60,000 bases of DNA from Malacoraja senta (lineage: Eukaryota): positions 126,001 to 186,000 of the forward strand of contig CM075992.1 in NCBI GenBank assembly GCA_038087875.1. The letters are read 5' to 3'. A program made the translations under genes and the position numbers. Position 1 is the stretch's first letter; each line of letters starts with the position of its first letter. A model generated the notes under the pieces. That model was not told where the DNA came from, ran no database searches, and saw only the letters and a program-made list of their open reading frames with translations. Below, in pieces: positions 1 to 11,692 of this stretch.

Positions 1-23
1 CCCGTATAGGTGGATGGTGGAAT

Positions 24-228
24 AGAGATACAGCATGGAAACAGGCCCTCAGCACACCAAGTCCACACTGACCATTAAGCACCTGTTTTCACATTAGTTC
101 CATGTTATCTCACTTTTACATCCAGTCCCTACACTGGACACAATTTACAGAGGCCAATTACCCTACCAACCCGCCTGTGTTTGGAGTGTGGGAGGAAACC
201 CATGCAGTCACAGTGAGAACTTGCAAAC
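24..228 (-). mobile_element. HE1-type tRNA-derived V-SINE, partial
   Basis: Reverse complement of the SINE 3' end (AGAGATACAGCATGGAAACAGGCCC) and body (TTTGGAGTGTGGGAGGAAACCC...GAGAACTTGCAAACT); same family as 36505-36815. Confidence 0.75.
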
Positions 229-624
229 TACCGGTGGGAGGGAGATCACAGCATAGCAGCCTGCTGCCCTCTCACGATGGCCCCATCCACCGTCACAGTC
301 CCTCTGCCAACAGCAGCTGCTGGAACCATCAATTTGACCGGAACACGCAACCTGGGTGAGTGTTAGCGTGACCAGAACACGCGTGACTGGGCATGGAACA
401 TTTATATCTTTGGGAAGCATAAACATTGGAAATTTTTGTGTAAAAGGATTACAAATATTAATTTTATTATAACTTATTATTTATTCATTGAAGGTAGACA
501 AAAATACTGGAGAAACTCAGCGGGTGAGGTCCTCTCCATGAGAAAAGACCCAAAGGATGTTACATGTCATTACTTCTAGAATAAAGGGGAGTGGGGGAGG
601 GGGGGAGATGGTCATGTTAAGCAG

Positions 625-1170
625 AATACAAGAACATAGAACAGTACAGCATTTGAACGGGCCCTTCAGCTCCCAATGTTTGTGCCGAACATGATGTCAG
701 TTAAACAAATCTCATCTGACTGTCAATGATCCATATCCTTCTGTACCCGGCACTTCCAAGTGCCTGTCTAAAAGTCTTTTAAATACCACAATCATATTTG
801 CCTCCACCACCACCCCTGGCAATGCGTTCCAGGCCCCCACCAACCTCCGTGTAAAAAAACTTGCCCCGCACATAGTCATTAAAACTCCCCCCTCTCAGCT
901 TATAGCTGTGCCCCCTCATGTTGTACATTTCCAATCTGGGAAAAGGATCTGACTGTCTACACTATCGATGCCTCATAATTGTAAAAACTTCTAATGTTCC
1001 AGACAAAACAATCCAAGTCTATCCAACCTCTCCCTGAAGCTGAAAACCTCTAATCCAGGCAGCATCGTGCTGGTAAACCTCCTCTGCATCCTCTCCAAAG
1101 CCTCCACATCTTTCCTGTAGTGGGGCAACCAGAACTGCACACAATACTCTAAATGCTGAGCCAAGGTTGT
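625..1170 (-). mobile_element. CR1 LINE 3' fragment, degenerate
   Basis: Tail AAGAACATAGAACAGTACAGC and CCAGAACTGCACACAATACTC (reverse of the EYCVQFW coding segment) resemble the CR1 copies at 9344 and 55600. Confidence 0.75.
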
Positions 1171-1679
1171 CGTGAAGTGAAGTTCAATAATATAGATATA
1201 TTATTATATCCAATAGCAACTGTAATAAGATCAGATTCCGTGGGCTCTAGTGAGCGGGTGGTGAGAAGCAGCTGTTAAGATTCTCGTGGGCTGTGATGGA
1301 GGCAGTAAATTATGCAAATGCATTAATGCTCGAAACAAAAGAAGATTTCCACGAGATGTTCAAACTAGCTAATTTAATGTGATGAAATATCGCTTATTTC
1401 CCAAAGGAGCTGGTGCTCTATTTGTCTAAGAAATGGAGACATGCACAGCATAAAGGAAAGGAGCTTAAACAATGCCAAAATATTATCAACCTGAGCAACT
1501 GGGCAAGGTAGAGGACAGAAGAAAAGTCTCAGCATAAAGCAATGTATCTGAACAGGAAACAATTTCCACATGAATATTTTTTTATTTGCATTGGGATATA
1601 GGGGGTGGTTGATAGAAAAGTTGCATCATTGAAAACGATTGTGAAGTAAAATAAGGAAATGATAGATGTTGAATATTAA

Positions 1680-1900
1680 CTTATCTTGCAGTTAAGGAAG
1701 AAAATAGCTTCCCAAACATCTGAAAAATATAGAAATTGAGTCAGGGATAGAGTTCCCAAACCTCACAACTACAGAAATATCGACAACTAACATAATGGAA
1801 TTGGAAATCTTCAGGTCCTGACGATTTTGATCCCAAGATTCTTAGTGAAATGAGAAATTTCCATTGCTATAACTATAATCTTTACAATTTACAACACCAT
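1680..1900 (+). mobile_element. Highly decayed CR1 ORF2 internal fragment
   Basis: TCTTCAGGTCCTGACGATTTTGATCCCAAGATTCTTAGTGAA reads SSGPDDFDPKILSE, similar to KSPGSDGLHPRVLKE in the CR1 ORF at 35672-36223. Confidence 0.45.
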
Positions 1901-2784
1901 GTCTGCCTTTAAGCACAAAGTGACTGAGGCATTTAAAATATTCAGTTGTTCAGAGAGAGTTGGTGTTTTGGTCAGGTCATGATTGGCAAACATGGCTTTT
2001 TATTAAGAATTCATAGCAGAGTTGACAGGGTTGACACTGGCCACGTTAATGGATCTTTAAACCCATTGTAATATAAATGGACATCTGAACTGACATCACT
2101 ATTGTCTCCCAGCATGTAGTGGGTCTCACCTGTCCGGGATTACGCAACAGGTCCAAGTTCTCTCGGGTTAGGTCCGGGATTGTGTCACAGATCCACGTTC
2201 CCCTGGGGTGGGTCAGTGATTGTTCCACGGGTGTTGGTTCTCCCGGGTTGGGTCCGCTGCAGGAGGGAAGGCAGCATCGTAGAGCAGAGACTTGCATATC
2301 TCTCCTCCTCCTCCTGACTCGCGACCAAGGTTCTTTCTTACAGTTTCCTGGTACTGGATTGGGGACATTGCATTGTCCCCAGATTCCAAAAGAGGGGATT
2401 GTCTGGGCTCTTCAATCTTTTCACTGATGCTGCCTGCCTGACCTGCTAAGTATTTTCAGCATTTTCTGTTCTTTCAAATTTGCAGCATCAGCAGTTTGTT
2501 TAATTTGCAAGCACAGGACTAGTGTTGAGGTTCACACTTAAGCAGCAGATGTGGTGCAAGGAGATGGGGTGTAGCAGGTGTGGAGGCCAAGGCGGTCTGG
2601 GGACAGTTGCAGTGGTCTTTGCTGTACCTCACTCCGTACAGCTGTGCACCGTGGGAATCTGCTCCAGCTGTTGACAGATCGCCACAAGGAGATAAACGTC
2701 CCTGGAACTCTTTAGCCGAGGTGTTATTGAGTGGAATTTGTCACACACTGATGGTGTGATATCAGCACAAGGTTTGACTGGTCA

Positions 2785-2905
2785 GTCTGAAGAAGGTCCC
2801 AACCCAAAACATTATCTGTCCATTCCCTCCTCAGATGCTGCCTGGCCCACTGGGTTCCTCCAGTACTTTGTGTTTTTGCTCAAGATTTCAGCATCTGCCG
2901 TCTCT
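2785..2905 (+). mobile_element. Penelope-derived short repeat with degenerate hammerhead-like head
   Basis: GTCTGAAGAAGGTCCCAACCCAAAAC...CAGATGCTGCCTGGCCCACTGGGTTCCTCCAG...CAGCATCTGC; same layout as 50851-50985. Confidence 0.65.
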
Positions 2906-3879
2906 TGCATTATTCAGCATTCAGAAAGAGGGACGATCCAAGGCTTTCTTTACATCCGGTGGATGTGAAGTGTTGATGAATTATGTGAATGGTTACAGCA
3001 CAGGAAGCCATTCGCTCCATCAAGTCCATACTAGTTCCATGTAAATAAATCCATCTAATTCCACACTCTCACTCCCTTGCAACAGCCTTGCAAATTACAT
3101 CCATTCAGCTACCATTTAAATGCTGCATTGTAACTACATCCATCGCTCTGCCTGGCAGAACATTCCAGAATCCATGCACTTAACGTGTAATTACGACTTT
3201 CTGAATGTCACTTTTGGCCAATCACCTTCATTCTACGTCCTTGATCTTGACCTTTTCTGCACTTTACAAAGTCTCTGTGATTTTAAATCCTCTCAACTAC
3301 CCTCGACCCCGGAACAAATACAATAACATTGCAACCACTGGTAATGAAGTACGCTCAGCTCCTCCCATCTCTCCCGTGTTTCACCCGCTGTGGAAGGGCA
3401 GTGGGGGCCAAGTCTGCACTGCCCACTGCAAATGCAGAATCCTTGAAACAGATGTGTTTGTTGCTGGAGTGATTTAGGAGCCGCCATCAAGAGTCAGCTT
3501 CACCTATTTCAGGTCATTCTAATGAGGCATTAATCTACAATTTCAGGGAAATGTTTCATAAGACACATCTCCCTCACTTGCTCCACTATTGTTCCACTAT
3601 AAAACTCCCTCTTCACGTAGGAGATGCAGGTTCAGAGAATATCACGCCAGCAGCGTACAGAAGTTATGGGTCAAAGGCGGCTACAGAGAATAGCAAAGGA
3701 TTGGAGTAATGTTCCACAGGGACTGATGTTAAGGCCACAATTTACATTAATGGGTTGAACTAGAGAATCTGACCTTTGTGAATGTCAACAAACGGTAGGA
3801 GGGACAGATGAATAGTTTATATGGATGCAGCTTGCAACAAGATATGTGAAGATATTAATCAATGTGCAGAATGCAGATG

Positions 3880-4225
3880 AGTATAGTGGTTGAGTTACAG
3901 AACAAGTATCTGGGGAGCTGGACTGTTGATCCAAGGATGGACAGCTCAAATTCAGCTAGGGGAATTTAAATTCAAATACTCAAAGATATTGGAATAAAAG
4001 TTTTGTTTCACTAAAGGTGACCAAGGGACTGCTCTTCTGTTGGTAAAAGCCCATCTGGTTCATCGATGTTCATCGAGAAAGAACCCTGGTCATGTAGCCA
4101 GACTCCCAGTGACAAGGTGACTACCCACTCCGCCCAAACCATTTGTTACTCCTCTCAGTTCAAGGACAATTACGGAAGGACAATAAACTCTGGCCTTGCC
4201 TGCAAAGTTTACCATTCACAAGCAT
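3880..4225 (+). mobile_element. Old elasmobranch tRNA-SINE with LINE-derived 3' tail
   Basis: GGAATTTAAATTCAA...AAAGCCCATCTGGTTCA...CAGTTCAAGGACAATTACGGAAGGACAATAAACTCTGGCCTTGCC; a second copy lies at 27240-27500. Confidence 0.6.
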
Positions 4226-5044
4226 GACAGATCCAAAAGCATAAGGAGGCCACTCGGCCCTGCTGCCTGTTCTATTGTCCTGTAAGATTCCAACTGAGCC
4301 TTTATTCCAGCGCCACTTTCTTACACTAATCCCTTGATTCTCTCAATATCTAAAAATCATCTACTCAGCGATGAGCTTCCTCTGAGGAAAAGAATTCCAA
4401 AGATTTACCAAACCACTGGGTGAAGAAACCTGATTTCAATGCAGCCATTTATCACGTGAGCCCGGCTCCCAACCCCCCCCTCACCCCCCCCCCCCCATCC
4501 CTCTCCCTGGAACCCCTCTCCATTAGATATAAACACATACTATATTTTCACTCTGTCCTTCCTTAATTTTATAGATTTTGATGAGAATACGTCATTCTTT
4601 GAAACTTCAGAGACAAGGTTTAATCAGCTTAATAGAGTCATACAGCACAGAAATAGGCCCTTCGGCCCAACTTGTCTATGCAGACCAAGATGTCCCATCT
4701 ACACTTGTTGTTCCATTACTATTACAAACCCCGGCCACTTGCTGTACACAATCTGTTTGTCGCAATTGGCTGGAAATTGACAGTGACTATTCATCAAAAA
4801 GACTTTCAACTAGTTTTGAAAATTAATAAGTCCTGTAAAGTTATATCCTGTAAAGTTTAAAAAGAGTTGCATCAAGCGAGTTTCTTCCTAACAATGACAG
4901 CAGATCTTTCATCACACCACCATATGGATTTGTGTCTATTTGATTAAGATGAAGCAGTTATACAAGAATTAGAAGCAGGCCACCTGATGCCGTGAGCTTG
5001 CTCTGCTGATTGCTAAGATGTCTGATTTTTGCCCAGTATTCTGC

Positions 5045-5925
5045 TGCCCTGCCCCTGCCCCTGCCCCTGGTCTTGCCCCTGTCCCTGCCCCTGCCCCTAC
5101 CCCTGCCCATGGTCCTGCCCCTGCCCCTGCCCCTGCCCCTACCCCTACCCCTGCCCCTGCCCCTGCCCGTACCCCTGCCCCAGCCCCTGCCCCTGTCCCT
5201 GTCCCTGCCCCTGCCCCTGGTCTTGCCCCTGTCCCTGTTCCTGCCCCTACCCCTGCCCCTGCCCCAGCCCCTGGTCTTGCCCCTGTCCCTGCCCCTGCCC
5301 CTACCCCTGCCCATGGTCCTGCCCTGCCCCTGCCCCTGCCCCTACCCCTACCCCTGCCCCTGCCCCTGCCCGTACCCCTGCCCCAGCCCCTGCCCCTGTC
5401 CCTGTCCCTGCCCCTGCCCCTGGTCTTGCCCCTGTCCCTGTTCCTGCCCCTACCCCTGCCCCTACCCCTGCCCCTGTCCCTGCCCCTGGTCTTGACCCTG
5501 CCCCTGTCCCTGCCCCTGGTTTTGCCCCTGCCCCTGTCCCTGTTCCTGGTCCTGCCCCTGTTCCTGTCCCTGCCCCTGCCCCTGCCCCTACCCCTGCCCC
5601 TAGACCTGCCCCTGCCCCAACCCCTACCCCTGCCCCTAGTCCTGCCCCCTGCCCCAACCCCTACCCCTGCCCCTGGTCTTGACCCTGCCCCTGTCCCTGC
5701 CCCGTTCCTGGTTCTGCCCCTGTCCCTGCCCCTGCCCCTGCCCCTGGTTTTGCCCCTGTCCCTGTTCCTGTCCCTGGTCTTGCCCCTGTCCCTGCCCCTG
5801 CCCCTGACCCTGGTCTTGACCCTGTCCCTGTCCCTGGTCCTGCCCCCGGTCCTGCCCCTGCCCCTGGTCTTGACCCTGTCCCTGCCCCTGTCCCTGGTCC
5901 TGCCCCGGTCCGGCCCCGGTCCTGC
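5045..5925. repeat. (GCCCCT)n hexamer-variant minisatellite
   Basis: About 880 bp of GCCCCT/GTCCCT/ACCCCT/GGTCTT units, read directly; source of the PL/PA/CP/GR repeat ORFs. Confidence 0.97.
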
Positions 5926-7024
5926 CTACCTCCACTTCGTCGATATCCTGAAATTCATCAGTCTCTGCTTGGAATGAACTCGGTGCCTGAGCCTGCACGG
6001 CACACAAGGTCATTCAGCTCATCGTGCTTTGACATCTGTTTGACAAAGCAATCCAATCATCCCACTGCTCTGCCCTCTTCCTGCAGCCCTGCAAATGGAA
6101 TCCCTCTCCATTAGAAGGCAAATTCCATTATAGTTGGTCATACGTTATGCTTTTTTAGGCCCTGTAAACTCCTTTTGACATTTGTAGGCAAGGCAACATC
6201 CATTTAATTTCCAATAAAGTTTAACAGCAAAAAATTAAAAAACATTAAAAATAACAGGTGGGCCAACATGTGCCGTTGAGCTTGCCCTGAGTTCAATGTG
6301 GTGTTGATGGTCATAGGTGTCCTGACATTGGAGCTGAAGTGATCATGTTCTCCAGTGTAACAGGATCATCAGCTACACACTGGCTCTTTGTAGAAGAGGA
6401 ACATGCAGGACAATGTGGAGAGAGGGGGGGTGGGGGTAATTGGATTGGTCTTTCAACCAGCTGCATCAGATACATCGGCTGTCTAACCCCCTTTTGTCCT
6501 GTGTAATTTCCTCATTCCCACATATTTCATTTTAAGACTCTTAATCAAATAGATACAATTCCTCAAGGATGTGTGATGGAGGATCTACTGTCATTGTTGG
6601 GAAGGAACAAACATTGATGCGACTTGTTTTAACCTTCACCGGAGCTGAAACTCTTTTTGATGAATAGTCACTGCCATTTCTTATCCAAGTGTGGCAGACA
6701 ATTTGTGTACAGAAAGATCAAGAGACAGTGACAAGCTGTTCAATCTGGTTCATTTCTGAAGCTCCTGACCCAAGAAAAGCTCTCTGCTCAACTTTGGAAA
6801 AGTGCACGGGCATGGTTTTATATCTGCTGTTTGGCATCTCACACAGAAGGCGACATCAACTCTCTCGGTGTTTCACATGTTTTAGCACAGGTCATGGGAT
6901 TAGGGCCAGTCTGGCCATCTGCTCAAGCTCCAGGGTGAACTCGTGATCCTCTGACTCACAGTACTGCTAACCTTGCCACAATCTACATCTTTGGAATAAA
7001 GCAACATTATCAATAATAACAGCC

Positions 7025-7886
7025 AGCCTTCTCGACAGCTCGACAGAACGTTGTCATTCAAACAACACCTGGAAGTTGCCAAGGGAAAGACAAGCGCCCG
7101 TGCCGCACTGATTCGCCGCCTAGCCGGCACCACATGGGGAGCCACGACGAAGACACTGCGCATGTCCACAGTGGCCCTGGTGTTCTCAGCCGCCGAGTAC
7201 TGCGCCCCGGTCTGGTGCCGTAGCCCTCACGCCAAGAAGCTGGATGCTGCCCTCAACAGCACCCTGCGGACTGTCTCCGGATGCCTATGAGCCACCCCAG
7301 TAAACCAACTGCCCGTCCTCGCTGCCATCGCCCCAGCCAACATCAGACGAGAAGCAGCCACGCTGGCCCTCTCTTCGAAAGGCACAGTGAATCCCACCTC
7401 CTCCATCAGATCGTCACAGAGACACCACGACGAGTGCGCCTCAAGTCACGGCACCCCTTTGCCACGCAAGCCCAAGAGCTGCTCTGCACAACACCGGCTG
7501 ACACTTCTAAGGCTGCCTGGGTCAAGACGAGATGGAGAGACCAGTGGAAGTCAGCGGAACCATCTAGGCTACACCATTACATCGATGACCCCATGGACGT
7601 CCCTGGCCAGGACCTGCCCCGAAAGCAGTGGACAACCCTCAACCGCTTGAGGACAGGCATTGGACACTATGGAGTAGCGATGAAGAGGTGGGGCCTCTTG
7701 GACAGCGAGTGCCTCCTGCGAGTGTGGGGACCCAACACAGACAGTGGAGCACATAGTCACCAGTTGCCCCAAACACTGGCCACCGAATGGTGAATGAGGT
7801 CTGATTGACCTGGACGATGACACGTTGGCCTGGCTCGCCTCAACGGAGCTGCAGGTCTAAAAGAAGCACGACAGAAGAAGAAGAAG
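7025..7886 (+). mobile_element. 5'-truncated Ingi/Vingi-like non-LTR retrotransposon (RT C-terminus + CCHC finger)
   Basis: Translates LDRTLSFKQHL...RRLAGTTWGA...LVFSAAEYCAPVW...QWTTLNRLRTG...CECGDPTQTVEHIVTSC with stops and frameshifts; (GAA)n tail; TSD AATAACAGCC at 7015-7024 and 7887-7896. Confidence 0.85.
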
Positions 7887-8014
7887 AATAACAGCCTAAA
7901 GCACAGGAAATTTCAGACCAGGAACTCAAGCTTTACCTCTGTTGGACAAAGTTCACCAAATATGGCTGTTTCATTCATCCTGTAGTAATTGCTCCTGCTG
8001 TCTGGGTCAGAGGT

Positions 8015-8520
8015 CACGTTTATTGTCACATGTATCGAGGTACAGTGGAAAGCTTTTTTGTTGCGTGCTATCCAGTTGGCCTAAAGACTATACATGATTA
8101 CAATCAGCTAGCGTGCAGTCCTAACCACCCATCTACCTCATTGGAGATGCTTTTTACTGTACATCAGTTCACTTGACAGTAATAAAATAAACTATTGTCA
8201 TGTATGCCAAGATAGTAAAAGGCTTGGTGTTGGACAAACCATACAGTACATGTGTACATCACATTGTGCAAAAAGAGAAGGAAAGAGGGTGCAGAATATT
8301 GTGTTACAGTTACAGAGAAAGTACAGATTAAAAAAAGTGCAAGTGCTGTAACAAGGTAGATTGGAAGATGAGGATTTGATTGGTAGCATATGAGAGGCTT
8401 GTTCAAGTCAGATTACAATAAGGAAGTAGTGGTGCATGCTTTCAAGCGTTTATATCTCCTGGCCAACGGAAGAATGACTGGGTGTAAGGAGTCGTTGATT
8501 GTGTTGACTGAGGCAAACCA
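8015..8520 (-). mobile_element. Rex1/Babar-like LINE 3' UTR fragments
   Basis: TTTATTGTCACATGTATCGAGGTACAGTG and GCTTTCAAGCGTTTATATCTCCTG resemble the reverse complement of 55310-55599/56263-56375. Confidence 0.55.
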
Positions 8521-9343
8521 CAGTCACAGGTTATGTGGATGTTGTATTGGAAAGGTCAGTTCAGCCTCTCTGTTGGATCGCACTAAGGGTGTTGTTCACC
8601 TGTGTCCATTTAATGAGACAACGTCATACTGTGTAGCTTGGCAGAAGAGAAACACATGCACACAGCGAGACATACTCAGCGAGTACTGTGGAGGAGGAAC
8701 AGACAATATTCAAATAATGTAAAATGCAATACAATGTACTTGCCATTAAATCATTCCAGCTTTTATGCAATTCTGACAATTGGTGACACTTAAATAAATA
8801 TTTGAAGCTAAATACATGGGGCAGGAATCATGACACAAATTCATTTAGAAAGAGCAACATCTATTCCAATGTCCTTAAAAGAAGGGAAATTTATACTTTG
8901 AATATTGAGAATTATAGAATGATTTATTCTCCCACCACTGCGGGAGCAGCGCAGTGTAGCATGTCAACATTCCTTTGTATAATTGGTTTGAATGTGAGAG
9001 TGCTGTAAAAAGCTCCAGAGGGTATTTGAGAAATTGCTTTTTTAATGGTATTCTGTCAAAAAAGTTGAAAAATGCTTATTTTACTATCTGGCCTCAGACG
9101 TGTCTCTCTGGACTGCGATCTGATGAAGGCATTACAACCTGTTATATTTAGTTGCTGCAAGGTGCAATCACAGGCCACGCCCTGAGGTTCTTATGTTGAC
9201 TGTGCTGTTCATGGAATGGGGCCTTCAGTGGCCATTCATTCCATTTAGCTCATGATCTGCCCTGACCAACATCAGCCCATCTCACACCGGCCTGTCACCT
9301 GGCCTTTGGCTCCAGCCCAGAGGCATGTCGTTCAGACACGGCA

Positions 9344-10106
9344 TAACTGGGCGGCAATGAAAAGGGGAGATGCAGCGAGACCTGGGTGTCATGGTACACC
9401 AGTCATTGAAAGTAGGCATGCAGGTGCAGCAGGCAGTGAAGAAAGCGAATGGTATGTTAGCTTTCATAGCAAGAGGATTTGAGTATAGGAGCAGGGAGGT
9501 TCTACTGCAGTTGTACAGGGTCTTGCTGAGACCACACCTGGAGTATTGCGTACAGTTTTGGTCTCCAAATCTGAGGAAGGACATTATAGCCATAGAGGGA
9601 GTGCAGAGAAGGTTCACCAGACTGATTCCTGGGATGTCAGGACTTTCATATGAAGAAAGACTGGATAGACTTGGCTTATACACGCTAGAATTTAGGAGAT
9701 TGAGAGGGGATCTTATAGAAACGTACAAAATTCTTATGGGGTTGGACAGGCTAGATGCAGGAAGATTGTTCCCGATGTTGGGGAAGTCCAGGACAAGGGG
9801 TCACAGCTTAAGGATAAGGGGGAAATCCTTTAAGACCGAGATGAGAAAAAACTTTTTCACACAGAGAGTGGTGAATCTCTGGAACTCTCTGCCACAGAGG
9901 GTAGTTGAGGCCAGTTCATTGGCTATATTTAAGAGGGAGTTAGATGTGGCCCTTGTGGCTAAGGGGATCAGGGGGTATGGAGAGAAGGCAGGTACGGGAT
10001 ACTGAGTTGGATGATCAGCCATGATCATATTCAATGGCGGTGCAGGCTCGAAGGGCCGAATGGCCTACTCCTGCACCTATTTTCTATGTATCTATGTATC
10101 TATGTA
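9344..10106 (+). mobile_element. 5'-truncated CR1 LINE (ORF2 C-terminus, 3' UTR, tandem tail)
   Basis: Open ORF 9370-10005 (QRDLGV...[13 protein letters not shown]...RLRGDLIETYKI...FFTQRVVNLWNSLP); tail (TATGTATC)n; TSD ACACGGCA at 9336-9343 and 10107-10114. Confidence 0.95.
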
Positions 10107-10462
10107 ACACGGCACAGTGGTGCAGCAGGTAGAACTGTTGCCTCACAGCTCCAGAGACAGGTTCCATCCTGACCTTGGATGCTGTCAGTGTGGAGTGTGT
10201 ACGTTCGCTCTATGACTGTATGGGCTTCCCCCGGGACTCCGGTTTCCTCCCTTGTCCCAACGGCACGCGAGTTGCAAAGTCAAATGATTGCTTTAAGTTT
10301 CTCCTTGTGTGCAGGTATGTGGTAGAATCTGGGGGAGTTGATGGGAATGTGGAGAGATTTAAATGGATTGGAATAGGATTAGTATAAGTGGGTGTTCATG
10401 GTTGGTGCAGATGAGGTGGGACAAAGAGCCGGCTTCTGTACTGTAGCTCTCTCTAACTATGA
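10107..10462 (+). mobile_element. HE1-type V-SINE, diverged, near full length
   Basis: tRNA-like head ACGGCACAGTGGTGCAGCAGGTAGA...GGTTCCATCCTGACC, V-domain CTCCGGTTTCCTCCC, CR1-like tail. Confidence 0.8.
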
Positions 10463-10699
10463 CACAGACATGGACAATCCAAACATCTAGTCTTGATATT
10501 TAATGGCACTACTGTTGTGAAGGTCACCAATGATCAGAAACTCAACGTGAGAGGTTGGGACTCACCACTCAATACCCTGGGGGCTTCTCACCATCTTCAA
10601 GACACATCTCAATGTGATCTTAGCTCCACACTTGCCTGGACCCGCGCCACCCCACCACCAGATCAGCATTTAGAAAAGGCAGATGTCACCAAACGGAAA

Positions 10700-10865
10700 G
10701 CGGACTCTCTGATGCCGGCGGTGGAGACCATCCAGCGGCCACTGTGAGTCCCAAACACACCGCCATCGCAACTCCCCGCAGCTCCAGCCCCCCCCCCCCC
10801 CGTGTGATGCCGCCCCCCCCATCCTCCGCGTTGGGGGACGGGGCCCAACGGGTCCCACGGTCTAG
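10700..10865 (+). mobile_element. Non-autonomous Helitron-like 3' end
   Basis: GC-rich segment ending in hairpin GGGGCCC-AAC-GGGTCCC (10840-10856), then ACGGTCTAG; a related end is at 22548-22575. Confidence 0.5.
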
Positions 10866-10949
10866 AATACATTAAAAATATCCTGGTTGCAATCCAACTA
10901 ATTCTCAGGCAATCGCTCATCTCGAACATTGTTGTTGTCTGAGCTGTAG

Positions 10950-11255
10950 CCCCTCCATTCCCACCTCACCCTATAACCTCCTCAAACTCCCCATCCCACC
11001 CTGTAACCCCCCCCCTCCCACCCCTCCTATCTCTCCCTGTTACCCAATCCACCTCTCCCATCCCACCCTGTAACCCCCCCCTCCACCCCTATCTCTCCCT
11101 GTTACTCACCCCTCCTATCTCTCCCAATCCACCTCTCCCATCCCACCCTGTAACCCCCCCCCCCCACCCCTCCTATCTCTCCCTGTTACCCACCCCTCCT
11201 ATCTCTCCCAATCCAGCTCTCCCATCTCACCCTGTAACCCCCCCCCCCCCCATCT
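10950..11255. repeat. Imperfect C-rich tandem repeat
   Basis: Repeated CCCATCCCACCCTGTAACCCCCC and CCCCTCCTATCTCTCCC blocks. Confidence 0.8.
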
Positions 11256-11344
11256 CCTCTTGGCGCTCTTGTCATTATTTAATTTTCAACCAACTTCCCA
11301 CCGAATGAGACTTCATCCTCTGTCTTTCCTTCTGATGTAGAAAG

Positions 11345-11692
11345 AGGTCATTCAGCCCTTCAGGTCAATGTGCCTCACGGTCTCAGTGTCTATCCTTCCC
11401 CAGATTCCCAACAATTCCACTACCCACAGAGACACACAGTAATTTCTAGTGGCAATACTAGTTCTACGTTATCCCACTTTCTCATCCACTATATACACTC
11501 GGGGCAATTTATAGAGGCCAATTAACTAACAAACCCACACGTTTTTGACATGTGAGAGGAAACTGGAGCACCCGAGGGAAACCCACATGGTCACAGGGAG
11601 AACGTGCAAACTCCACACAGTCAGAGGTCAGGATTGTTCTGGGATAGCTGGAATTGTGGGGCAGAAGTTTGACTATCTTCAGCACTGCCACC
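11345..11692 (-). mobile_element. HE1-type V-SINE, diverged
   Basis: GGGGCAATTTATAGAGGCCAATTAAC...GAGGAAACTGGAGCACCCGAGGGAAACCCACATGGTCACAGGGAGAACGTGCAAACTCCACACAG. Confidence 0.8.

Noticed and set aside
4958..6013. Pro/Ala, Pro/Leu, Cys/Pro and Gly/Arg-rich ORFs (extensin-, collagen- or RGG-like)
   Set aside because: Open in all frames because the GCCCCT repeat lacks stop codons; no coding signature.
9370..10005. Intact 211-aa ORF as a host gene
   Set aside because: C-terminal part of CR1 ORF2 inside a TSD-flanked truncated insertion.
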